A DNA stretch of 46,135 bases from Verrucomicrobiota bacterium (lineage in GTDB: Bacteria; Verrucomicrobiota; Lentisphaeria; Lentisphaerales; Lentisphaeraceae), in assembly GCA_039798785.1 (NCBI GenBank), contig JBDKFG010000034.1, positions 1 through 46,135 on the forward strand, read 5' to 3'. Positions 1 to 8,439 of the stretch are shown here, piece after piece. Each line of letters starts with the position of its first letter. Position 1 is the stretch's first letter. The translations under genes were made by a program, and so were the position numbers. Below the pieces are notes generated by a model that did no database searches, was not told the origin of the DNA, and saw only the letters and a list, made by a program, of their open reading frames with translations.

Positions 1-1
1 C

Positions 2-814
2 AACAAGGACTTCGCCAAGCGCGCCTGCTACTACTCCGCCAAGGCCTACTCGCAGCAGCTCAAGAAGACGCAGCGCTACTCCAAGCTCCGCCCGGTGATT
101 TTCCTCGGCATCCTCAACTTCAACTGCTTCGATGGTCCCGACTTCCTCACCCGCCACCTGATACTCAATCAGAAGACCTTGAAGCAGGAGATCGAAGAGC
201 TCGAATTCAGCTTCATCGAGCTGCCGAAGTTCACCAAAACCGAGGCCAAGCTGGTCGACGTCATCGACAAGTGGACCTACTTCATCAAGCACGCCGGCCG
301 TCTCAAGAAGGCTCCGAAAACGCTGCTCAAGGTGCCGGAGATATCTGAAGCCTTTGAAGTCGCTGACCAGCACCTCTGGACCGCGGAGGAGCTCGACAAC
401 TACGAATCCTGGCTTGATCGCGAGAATCGCCGTCGCGGCTCGATCGAGGTCGCGGTTGAGGCCGCCGCTGCGGCCGCTGCCGAAGCCGCCCGCCAAGCCG
501 CCGAAGCCGCCGAAGCCGTCGCAGCGGCGGAAGCGGAAGTCAAGAAAGAAAAAGCCGCCCGCCAGAAGGCCGAGGCGGACAAGCAGAAGGCCGAAGCCGA
601 CAAGCAGAAGGCCGAGGCGGACAAGCAGAAGGCCGAAGCCGACAAGCAGAAGGCCGAAGCCGACAAGCAGAAAGCCGAGGCCCTGGCGCGGCGCGAGAAA
701 TTCATCGCAGCGGAGCACTTGCGCGAGCTGAATTTGAGCGACGCCCAGATCCAAAAGGTCTCTGGGATCAGCCTGGCTCAGCTCAAGGCCTGGATCCGCT
801 CCGGCCGGGCTTGA
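2..814 (+). CDS. Rpn family recombination-promoting nuclease/putative transposase (PD-(D/E)XK), 5' truncated by window edge
   Basis: Frame is open from nt 2: ...FAKRACYYSAKAYSQQL...LRPVIFLGILNF...FIELPKF...DKWTYFIK, typical Rpn/PDDEXK_2 motifs. C-terminal 'HLRELNLSDAQIQKVSGIS' resembles the Rpn terminal helical motif. Confidence 0.85.
   Translation, partial: NKDFAKRACYYSAKAYSQQLKKTQRYSKLRPVIFLGILNFNCFDGPDFLTRHLILNQKTLKQEIEELEFSFIELPKFTKTEAKLVDVIDKWTYFIKHAGRLKKAPKTLLKVPEISEAFEVADQHLWTAEELDNYESWLDRENRRRGSIEVAVEAAAAAAAEAARQAAEAAEAVAAAEAEVKKEKAARQKAEADKQKAEADKQKAEADKQKAEADKQKAEADKQKAEALARREKFIAAEHLRELNLSDAQIQKVSGISLAQLKAWIRSGRA
563..682 (+). repeat. Coding tandem repeat, 21-bp unit (cagaaggccga[g/a]gc[g/c]gacaag), ~5.7 copies, encoding QKAEADK heptads
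   Basis: Units read directly at 563, 584, 605, 626, 647 and partially at 668. Confidence 0.95.
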
Positions 815-1031
815 TGAGCCCTATTCAAGACCCGGCGGGATGCGAGGACGCCCACTCCATTGCTCTGGTCGCGGAAGCTTCAGCAGCAGGCTGCGTGAAC
901 CCGATTTTTTGTCGGATTTATAGCGGGAAAACTTGCTTTGCCTCTGCGATTGGTTTAGGTTGGGTCTCGCGGGATGAAATTCCAAGTCGTCGGAATCTCG
1001 CTTTTCTCTCACCTCAACAAAAGGGACTCTT

Positions 1032-2117
1032 ATGAAACTTCTTATCGCTCTGACAAGCTGGTCGATGCTGACTTCTTTTGCCGGGGCGAGCCCATCCAAG
1101 CCGTCGCCGCAACCGGAAACGATTCAGGCGGTCAGCGAGCAAGAGCTGGCTGCAATGAATAAGACATTGCTTGATTTCATCAAGCGACAGGACTCGAACA
1201 AGGATGGATCTTTGTCGGATGAAGAACTCGTGAAAATTAACATTAGACATTGCCCAAATGAATTAACTCTGTATTTGATTGATAGAAACCAAGACAGGAA
1301 AATATCAAAAGAAGAAATAAATTATTTCAAAAGTGATAAATTGGCAGTTGAAAACCCATTAAGTGAAATCTGGATTGATTTAAACTTTTTAAATAAAAGA
1401 CTTTGTTATTTTGTTAAAAAGCTCGACTCAAATAAGGACGGAGAACTGTCTGATGATGAGCTGGATGAAATTGATCTAGTTGCTGACGATGATGGGTATA
1501 CTTTGCATTGTGTGGATGCTGATAAGAATGGGTTGATTAGTCGTGACGAAATGATGGCGTTTAACCTTGAAAATAAAAAGTTTCATGAAGGCTTGGCGAA
1601 GCAAGAAGTCAGCGAAGTGGTTTGGTGTGACGATGAAATGGATACAAAAGAAATGGGCCATGATTTACGGGATTTCATTATAAAGTTCGACAATAACAAG
1701 GACAGCCAATTGTCGGCCGATGAACTTAGCAAGGCGGACAAGGATGAATTTTATACCCAGAGACTTTTGTTCACGATGGACAAAAACCATGATCGGAAAA
1801 TTTCAAAACAAGAAGTTGATGAGTTTCGAGGTAGGCCAGACTTTAATGACAAGAGAGTGATTGAAAAATATTCTATTTCAGAGATCAAAGAAGAGATTGT
1901 CGAGGAAGAGATAAATGAAAAGCTTACGATACGTAAATTTGTCAAGAAATTTGATTTGAATAAGGACGGAATAGTCAGCGATGATGAAGTCTCTAAAATC
2001 GATCCCAATGATACCGACGCTTCCTTCGGCCTGATGATGTACCGGAGGGACACGAATAAAGATGGTCAAGTGACGCTAGATGAAATGAAAAATGCCAGGA
2101 AAAAAGCCGCGCCTTAA
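1032..2117 (+). CDS. Secreted EF-hand calcium-binding protein (4 pairs, 8 EF-hands)
   Basis: Signal peptide MKLLIALTSWSMLTSFAGA. Loops DSNKDGSLSDEE, DRNQDRKISKEE, DSNKDGELSDDE, DADKNGLISRDE, DNNKDSQLSADE, DKNHDRKISKQE, DLNKDGIVSDDE, DTNKDGQVTLDE. Confidence 0.9.
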   Translation: MKLLIALTSWSMLTSFAGASPSKPSPQPETIQAVSEQELAAMNKTLLDFIKRQDSNKDGSLSDEELVKINIRHCPNELTLYLIDRNQDRKISKEEINYFKSDKLAVENPLSEIWIDLNFLNKRLCYFVKKLDSNKDGELSDDELDEIDLVADDDGYTLHCVDADKNGLISRDEMMAFNLENKKFHEGLAKQEVSEVVWCDDEMDTKEMGHDLRDFIIKFDNNKDSQLSADELSKADKDEFYTQRLLFTMDKNHDRKISKQEVDEFRGRPDFNDKRVIEKYSISEIKEEIVEEEINEKLTIRKFVKKFDLNKDGIVSDDEVSKIDPNDTDASFGLMMYRRDTNKDGQVTLDEMKNARKKAAP

Positions 2118-2175
2118 TACGGTCACAAGGACGGAAGCAAACCGGCTGGCAGCCGGCGCTCCCAGGAAGCTCAAA

Positions 2176-4680
2176 TCACCGGATCACCTCGCTCAGGTCG
2201 ACGATGTTGCGGCGGAGGGCGAAGATGACGGTGTCGAGGGCGATTTCCTCGGAGTAGCCGAAGCGGGCGCCCATGTTGTTGATGAAGGTCTCGACGAAGT
2301 CGCGCACCTTGTCGGCGCAGCGGGCGTATTTCTCCGGGTCGGAGGAGCGGTGGAAGAAGGCGTCGCGGATCTGTTCCGGCGACAGGCCTTCGACGGCGCG
2401 GTGGTGCGACAAAAGGCGGGTGTATTCGACCGAGAAGGCGGTGACCAGTCCGTCGTCCTTCCGGGCGATCGCCGGGCCGTTGTTGGAGCAGCGGATGTCG
2501 CCGCGATCCTGCAGCAGGAGGAATTTCTTGGCGATCTCGCGGCGGATGTTGAGGGGGGCGTTGCCGGGCTCGATGATGCGCTCCATGCTCATCATGAATT
2601 CCGGGTCGGGACGCTCGATCTTGTCGCCCGACTGCGAATCGACATAGGCGTAGCGGGGCACGAGGATGTGCGAGAAGGCCTTGTTCTCAAGAGCCTTGTC
2701 GAGCAGAGCGTGCTGCAGGTAGCGGCGCAGGTCGGCCTCGATGCGCTCAGGGTCGCGACCGACGGCGCAGACGGTGATCTCACGGCGGATGAGCTCGTAA
2801 TAGCAGGCCTTGACCACTTTGATCAGCGCGGCGTAGTCGTCGAAGTTGCCTTCGCCGTCGTCGAAATGGGTGCCGCCGATCTTGCGGCTGGGGATGCGGC
2901 GGTTCTTCCGCTTCGAGGCGTTGAGGAGGAGCCAGTGGTGCACCGCCGGGCCCTCCTGGAAGAGCTTTTCGAGCTGGGCGATGAAGAGCGGCACGGTGAC
3001 CTTGATGCCGTCGGAGCTGGCGATGGTGTTGCGCATGATGTTCTGCAACTGGCGGACGCTGATCCCGTATTTGCCTTCCTCAGGATAGTGCTCTTCGCGC
3101 ATCTGGCGCATGAACTCGTCGTCGATCAGGGCGAGTTCGCTGGCGGTGAAGAGGCCGCTGTCCTCGAGGCGGATGGCGTCGGGGTGGCGGACCACGTGGC
3201 GGCCCAGGATTTCCGGATTGAAGATGTTGATGCCGAGGCGGAAGCATTCGTTGCGGAAGGGGTGCCAGGGGGGCAGTCGGCGGATGGTGGCGACCGGGTC
3301 GTCGGACTGGCAGGCGTAGATCGCTAGCTTCTGTTCCGGGGTGATGCGGTTGTAGAGCTCCTTGCGTTCGTCGCTCCAGCGCTTGGGGAATTCCTTGCGG
3401 TTGGGAGCGAAGAGGCGGGTCATCACCGAGTAGGCCGAGGCGCAGCGGAAGAGGTTGGGGTCGACGTCGTACTTCTCCATCACCGCGGCCATGTCGCGGC
3501 GCAGGATGTCCATCTCGCTGACCTGGTCGAGGAGGTAGTTGACCGGCACCTTCTCGATCCGGTCGAGGAGTTTCGACGAGGTGAGCTGGCGTTCGAGGCC
3601 TTCCATTTCGTCGAGGTTGGTGGTCATCATGACGGTGGTGTCGACCGAGGCCTGGGTGGCTTCGAGGGTGATCTTGCCGGAGCCGAGAAGCATCAGCAGC
3701 GGCTTGTAGTCGTGGTCGGGGGTGCGGCCGGCCTCGGAGCCGAAGGCGTCGTGGATGTGGAGGAGGCCGCGGTTGGAGTTGAGGATGGCGCCCTCGTACT
3801 TGAACATGAACTTGCCTTGCAGGTGCTCGTTGAGCAGCGACACGTCTTCGTGGGCAAGAGTGAAGGGGCGGACGTAGGTCTCGAGCTGGCGCATGTCGTC
3901 GACGTTGGCGATGCCGCGCCCCTGCGCGTTGGAGAAGGTGATCTCCTCGACCCGGACATATTCCTCCAGGATGTCGAAGAGGCTCTTCCCCTGGTTGCGC
4001 TGATTCTGCATCAGGGCGGCGAGGATGTCGAGGGTTCGTTTGTCGGCGGTGGCGTATTGGTAATAGCTGGGAATGGAGAGATTGCGGCGCAGGCGGCGGG
4101 CGATTTCGTCGAAGAGTTCCTGTCTGGGGCGGGCGACGCTGCCGTCGGCGAGGGTGAGCGAGGGGGGGAAGAGGAGGATCGGGTTGGGAGCCAGGGCGGA
4201 GCGGAGCTCGAGCTCGCGGCCTGAGGCGTTGGTGAGGCGCCAGACGAAATTGTAGAGGCGGACTTCGCGAGTCTTGGTGTACTCCTCGAGAGCGAGCGCG
4301 AGAAGGTCGACGATGTTGGTCTTGCCCGAGGCCGGCGGGCCGACCAGGACGATGCCGCGCTTCGGTCCTGATTCCTTGTCGACCGATTCGATGACGTCGA
4401 TGATCCTCTTGATGCAGATCTCCTGGCCGTAGACTGCGTTCAGGCCCTTGGCGAAGGGATCCTCGAAGACCTTGTAGCGCAGGATCGGCTCGCCGCCCCG
4501 GACGATGATCTCGGTGCCAAAGGACTTGATCGCGTCAAGGATCAGGCCGGCGGAAGTGCGCAGCAGGCCTTCGGGATCGGCCATGAAGGAGTCGATCCAG
4601 GCGGAGAAGCGCATCGGCTCCTTGCGGCGGTGAGCCAGCAAGGCCCGGTAGTCAAAGCTCGGGCTGGTTTCGTCGGCCAT
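2176..4680 (-). CDS. PrkA/YeaG-like AAA+ serine protein kinase family protein (long, divergent)
   Basis: Walker A LVGPPASGKT; G...NRGLL and LLDRIEKVPVNY motifs; EGKYGISVR resembles PrkA 'EGxxGxSxR'. Start moved to ATG 4680 (MADETS), which has an AAGGAGG SD. Confidence 0.8.
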   Translation of the reverse strand: MADETSPSFDYRALLAHRRKEPMRFSAWIDSFMADPEGLLRTSAGLILDAIKSFGTEIIVRGGEPILRYKVFEDPFAKGLNAVYGQEICIKRIIDVIESVDKESGPKRGIVLVGPPASGKTNIVDLLALALEEYTKTREVRLYNFVWRLTNASGRELELRSALAPNPILLFPPSLTLADGSVARPRQELFDEIARRLRRNLSIPSYYQYATADKRTLDILAALMQNQRNQGKSLFDILEEYVRVEEITFSNAQGRGIANVDDMRQLETYVRPFTLAHEDVSLLNEHLQGKFMFKYEGAILNSNRGLLHIHDAFGSEAGRTPDHDYKPLLMLLGSGKITLEATQASVDTTVMMTTNLDEMEGLERQLTSSKLLDRIEKVPVNYLLDQVSEMDILRRDMAAVMEKYDVDPNLFRCASAYSVMTRLFAPNRKEFPKRWSDERKELYNRITPEQKLAIYACQSDDPVATIRRLPPWHPFRNECFRLGINIFNPEILGRHVVRHPDAIRLEDSGLFTASELALIDDEFMRQMREEHYPEEGKYGISVRQLQNIMRNTIASSDGIKVTVPLFIAQLEKLFQEGPAVHHWLLLNASKRKNRRIPSRKIGGTHFDDGEGNFDDYAALIKVVKACYYELIRREITVCAVGRDPERIEADLRRYLQHALLDKALENKAFSHILVPRYAYVDSQSGDKIERPDPEFMMSMERIIEPGNAPLNIRREIAKKFLLLQDRGDIRCSNNGPAIARKDDGLVTAFSVEYTRLLSHHRAVEGLSPEQIRDAFFHRSSDPEKYARCADKVRDFVETFINNMGARFGYSEEIALDTVIFALRRNIVDLSEVIR

Positions 4681-4915
4681 GAGATGCCTCCTTCGGGACG
4701 ATCCCGTCCTGGTTCCATGATAGTTCCGACCCGGGCAGCTCCGCAAGTGGCGCAGGGCCGGGCGAGGGAATTTCGAGGTGTCCAACGCAGTAATCGGGCC
4801 AAGCCTGGACCGACATGACACTTTCTGGTCCTTCCGGATTGCAACAATCGCTCCGCTTCTGCGTTGATTTGGAATATTCTAGAAGAGAATGCCGCCCAAC
4901 CCGGAGAGGATCGCC

Positions 4916-5785
4916 ATGTACAAAGCCGCCAGCGCCCTGTTTTTTAGCACAACGGTGATTTTCTGCGGTTTGTGGCTGACGAAAAGCTCGGCATTCCGCC
5001 CGGACGGGCTCGTCCCCTCCGAAGGCGAGGCCGGCACCCGCAAACTCAAGTCCGATCTCGCCTTGGCGAAGGCGGAGGCGGAAAAACTGAGGAAAGAACG
5101 CGATGCCTTGATGATCACCTCTTACCGCAAATCCGCGACGGGATTCCCAGGCTTGAGCAATGGCGACGTCGACGAGTCCTTCTACGTCGGCGACAGCCCG
5201 GCTCACGAACGCCTCCAGTCCCTGATCGAATCGATGCGCAAGACCGAACTGGAGCAGGAGAAGGAATCCCTCGGCCAGGACTTGAACCGCCTCTACTCCA
5301 AGCTGAATCTGAGCGGCGAGGAGAAGGACCGCCTCGACGCTCTCATCCTCGAGCGCCGCCTTCTGCGCCAGAACGCCCGGATGACCGGGGAATACGAGCG
5401 GCTCGAAACCGATCTCGCCACCGCCGACAAGGACATCGAAACCCTGCTCGGCTCGCGCTATGCCGTGCTGCAGGACTTCCGCGACAAGCACGAAGCCTAT
5501 TCACGCCTCGACAATCTCAACGAGGAGCTCGGGGAGCAGCAGCTTCCTACCTTGACGGATGACAAGGTGGAGTCTCTTGCCAGCCTGATCACCGAGACCT
5601 TGAAGGCGCCCTACTCCATCGACATCGAGGCGAAAGGCGGCTGGCGCAAGCTCAGCGAGTCGGAGCGCCAGATCATCGTCGAGGAGCGCCAGGCCAGGAC
5701 GGCACGGATCACGCAATCGAGCGGCCTGAGCCCCGAACAGCAGGAAATCCTCAAGGATCATCTCCGCTGGCGCGGCGGGCGCTGA
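4916..5785 (+). CDS. Hypothetical N-terminally membrane-anchored alpha-helical protein (paralog of 9949..10884)
   Basis: GGAGAGG SD before ATG 4916; hydrophobic N-terminus; extensive identity to downstream paralog (LLGSRYA.LQD.RDK, PYSIDIE.KGGWR.LS). Confidence 0.8.
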   Translation: MYKAASALFFSTTVIFCGLWLTKSSAFRPDGLVPSEGEAGTRKLKSDLALAKAEAEKLRKERDALMITSYRKSATGFPGLSNGDVDESFYVGDSPAHERLQSLIESMRKTELEQEKESLGQDLNRLYSKLNLSGEEKDRLDALILERRLLRQNARMTGEYERLETDLATADKDIETLLGSRYAVLQDFRDKHEAYSRLDNLNEELGEQQLPTLTDDKVESLASLITETLKAPYSIDIEAKGGWRKLSESERQIIVEERQARTARITQSSGLSPEQQEILKDHLRWRGGR

Positions 5786-5863
5786 GCGGCCTCCTTGATG
5801 ATACGACTCTTCGCAAGCTTCTGGCTGGCCTGACCCGCCCATGCCGCCAGGCAGCCTGTTCCG

Positions 5864-5907
5864 GGCAATAATGATTTTATTTAATTTTATTAATCTCATT
5901 ACTTGCC
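5864..5907. promoter_or_regulatory. AT-rich dyad (GGCAATAATGA...TCATTACTTGCC), candidate repressor operator upstream of the prepilin-like gene
   Basis: Inverted repeat arms 5864-5874 and 5896-5907; 5867-5885 matches the Fur 19-mer consensus at 12/19 by hand. Confidence 0.4.
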
Positions 5908-6004
5908 ATAAATCCAAACTCGTGCAGATTTGCCTCACATTGAGGCGGGCTTGGGCACCAAGGCCTCCCGTCAAGCTCGGAACTTACAAACGGAGACACC
6001 CGGA

Positions 6005-6685
6005 ATGCGCCGTTTCACTCTCATCGAGCTGCTGGTGGTGGTTGCCATCATCGGAATTCTCGCCGCGATTCTGCTGCCGAGCCTGGCCCGCGCCAGGAAA
6101 CAATCCAAGGTGGCGCTCTGCGCCAACAACCTGAAGCAGATCAGCACCTGGATCAACCTCTACGCTCTTGACAATGAGGGCTGTCCGCCGGACGCGATCA
6201 ACAGCGATGACACGCCGGCCGCGGCGGGGGCTACAGTGTCTTTCGACGACCTGCTTTCCGCCTATGACGGCCGCAAGCTGAGCGAGGCGGATAAGGCTCT
6301 TGACGGCGGCTTGGGTGAGAATCCCGTCGATGTGACCTACCGCTGCTCGCTCGATTCCCGCGGCAAGGGCTTCCGAACCTATGCGATGAACTACTACATC
6401 CGCGAGAACCGCATGACCTTGAACCTGCTCAAGAATCCCGGCGGCACCATCTTCGCGACCGAGTTTTTCGGACTCAACTACGCCGACTCGAAGATGGGCA
6501 CCCAGAAGGGTTCCTATTTCAGCTATTCCGGCGGCTACTACCCGAGCCACTCGTCGTGGCAGAACTCCTACCATCCGAAAAAAGGCGAGCAGCCTTGGCT
6601 GATGGGAGATGGCCATGTCGAACTGCGCCTCCGCAACTACTTCCCCACCCCGGCAAGCGGCGGCCCCTACCTCGGCACGGAGTGA
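6005..6685 (+). CDS. Prepilin-type N-terminal cleavage/methylation domain protein with H-X9-DG-like C-terminal motif
   Basis: MRRFTLIELLVVVAIIGILAAILLPSLARAR...CANNLKQI; Y(R)C, YAMN; C-terminal H-x11-DGHV. Confidence 0.9.
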   Translation: MRRFTLIELLVVVAIIGILAAILLPSLARARKQSKVALCANNLKQISTWINLYALDNEGCPPDAINSDDTPAAAGATVSFDDLLSAYDGRKLSEADKALDGGLGENPVDVTYRCSLDSRGKGFRTYAMNYYIRENRMTLNLLKNPGGTIFATEFFGLNYADSKMGTQKGSYFSYSGGYYPSHSSWQNSYHPKKGEQPWLMGDGHVELRLRNYFPTPASGGPYLGTE

Positions 6686-6762
6686 GCCGGATGCCGTCGC
6701 GCCGCCATTGAGAACGCCGCTCTAGGGGTTAGCTTGCAGGCGTCAACGAAACCAGGGACGCC

Positions 6763-6975
6763 ATGAAGACTCCTCCGCCTCTCGCAGCCGAACTCCTTGA
6801 GCTTCTCGCCTGTCCGCGCTGCCCCACCCGCCCGCCGCTCCGCCCGGACGCCGCCTGCCTGGTCTGCGACCAGTGCGCGAGCCGCTGGCCGCTGCTCCGC
6901 GTCGACGGCCCCGACGGCGCCGGACTCAGCATCCCCGACCTCTTCCAGTCGGAGGCCGACCATGCGCTGTCCTGA
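6763..6975 (+). CDS. Trm112/YcaR-like small Zn-ribbon protein
   Basis: LLELLACPRC...L...LVCDQC...WP...IPDL pattern. Confidence 0.75.
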   Translation: MKTPPPLAAELLELLACPRCPTRPPLRPDAACLVCDQCASRWPLLRVDGPDGAGLSIPDLFQSEADHALS

Positions 6976-7417
6976 ATGCGGCTGCATCGACGACAAAGTC
7001 CTCGAAACCCGCTTCTCGAAAGACAAGGACCAGGTCCGCCGGCGCCGCGAATGCCTCGGCTGCGGCGTCCGTTTCACCACCCAGGAGGAAGTGATCCGGG
7101 CCGAGCTGATGGTGATCAAGTCGAACGGCAGCCGCCAGGACTTCTCGGCCTCGAAGCTGCGTCTCGGCCTCAGCCTCGCCTGCCGGAAGCGGCCGGTCAG
7201 CGACGAACAGATCGATGAAGCCGTGTCGAGCATCCGGCGCGAACTGGAGCGTCGCTTCGAACGCGAAGTCCCGGCTCGCGCCGTCGGCGAACTGGCGATG
7301 GAGAAGCTGCGGGAGCTCGACCCCGTTGCCTTCGTCCGCTTCGCCTCGGTCTATCGCGACTTCCGCGACGCCGGCGAATTCGTCACCGCCATCCGCGACC
7401 TCGGGAAGTCCTCATGA
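6962..7417 (+). CDS. nrdR: Transcriptional repressor NrdR
   Basis: MRCPECG...KVLETR...RRRRECLGCGVRFTTQE zinc ribbon + ATP cone, AFVRFASVYRDF; ATG at 6962. Confidence 0.97.
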   Translation: MRCPECGCIDDKVLETRFSKDKDQVRRRRECLGCGVRFTTQEEVIRAELMVIKSNGSRQDFSASKLRLGLSLACRKRPVSDEQIDEAVSSIRRELERRFEREVPARAVGELAMEKLRELDPVAFVRFASVYRDFRDAGEFVTAIRDLGKSS

Positions 7418-8298
7418 TCTGGGCCCCTCCACGCCGCCGTCCGGCGCAGCGCCCCGGCCTCGGCGAGGCGCTCGCCCTCGAGCTGCGCGCCGCCTTCCGG
7501 GCCGCCGGCCATCCCGATGACTTCGCCGCAGAAGACATCCTGGTGGCCGTCGAGCATGCCACTGCCGCCGGACTCCTGCCGGCCCGCGATGAGACCGCCC
7601 AGCGCGCCCTGCTTCTCGGCATCCTCGAGGACAACGGCCTAGGCGACGTCGCCGGCCGCCTCTCCCAGCCACTGTCGCCATCTCCCGGCCCCTTGGCCGA
7701 AGCCCTAGCCCGCAACAGCCGGCCCGCCGACGCCGACGCCGCCGGCCAACTCTTGCGCCAATGGTTGAAACTTCTCAACTTGAACGAGGACAACGCTCCC
7801 GCCGACCTGCTGCCGCCTCTCGCCCGTCTCGCCGCCGAAAGAGCCCGCGCCTTGCCCCATCCGGTGCCCGGCCGCAGCGTCCTCGCCGACCTCAGCCTGG
7901 CCCAGGCCCTCGGCCTGCACGACTGCCGCGGCGAGTGGAACCCTGAAGTCATCCGGATCAGCGCCGCCGGCCTGATCTTCCGTTCCGTCCGGATCGAAGT
8001 CCGCCTCTCCCGCCTCGCCGAACAGCAGGGCGGCGCCTGGATGCCCCTCCTCCTCTTCCCCGCCCTCGAACGAGAGGCGGTCGCCGCCGCGCGGGCCCTC
8101 TCCGCACGCCTCGCCCAATGCCCGGAAAACCTTCGCCCCGGCTACCTCAGTCTCGGCCTCGAAACGGGTGAGGAAAGCCGCGCCGTCTTCGGCCGCGACG
8201 CCGCTGCCCTGCGCAGCGAATGCCTCGCCCTCCTCCACTCCTGCTTCAGCGACGAGATCCCCGAGGAATGGGAACTGCGCCGCCTGCCGTCCGATTGA
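7414..8298 (+). CDS. Hypothetical protein, N-terminal ATP-cone-like helical domain, translationally coupled to nrdR
   Basis: ATGA overlap with nrdR stop; L.AAF.AAG...AEDI..AVE...ILEDNGLGDVA resembles an ATP-cone pattern. Confidence 0.6.
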   Translation: MIWAPPRRRPAQRPGLGEALALELRAAFRAAGHPDDFAAEDILVAVEHATAAGLLPARDETAQRALLLGILEDNGLGDVAGRLSQPLSPSPGPLAEALARNSRPADADAAGQLLRQWLKLLNLNEDNAPADLLPPLARLAAERARALPHPVPGRSVLADLSLAQALGLHDCRGEWNPEVIRISAAGLIFRSVRIEVRLSRLAEQQGGAWMPLLLFPALEREAVAAARALSARLAQCPENLRPGYLSLGLETGEESRAVFGRDAAALRSECLALLHSCFSDEIPEEWELRRLPSD

Positions 8299-8439
8299 AG
8301 GGCCGTCCCGGCAAACTTGAGACCAAAGGGACAATTATTCCCGCCGCCTGGCGTTAGCGTAACATCCAGGCTCGTTACGGAGTATCCACCGGGACGCGCC
8401 CCTGCACCCATTCGCTAATGAACAGCCCCGGAGCCCATC

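Noticed and set aside
563..682. Possible CRISPR array
   Set aside because: Contiguous in-frame 21-bp repeats with no unique spacers, and no cas genes
821..830. ctattcaaga shared with ~39029
   Set aside because: Only 10 bp; compatible with chance
4681..4821. Upstream extension of the PrkA ORF
   Set aside because: Strong SD precedes ATG 4680; the extension is not protein-like
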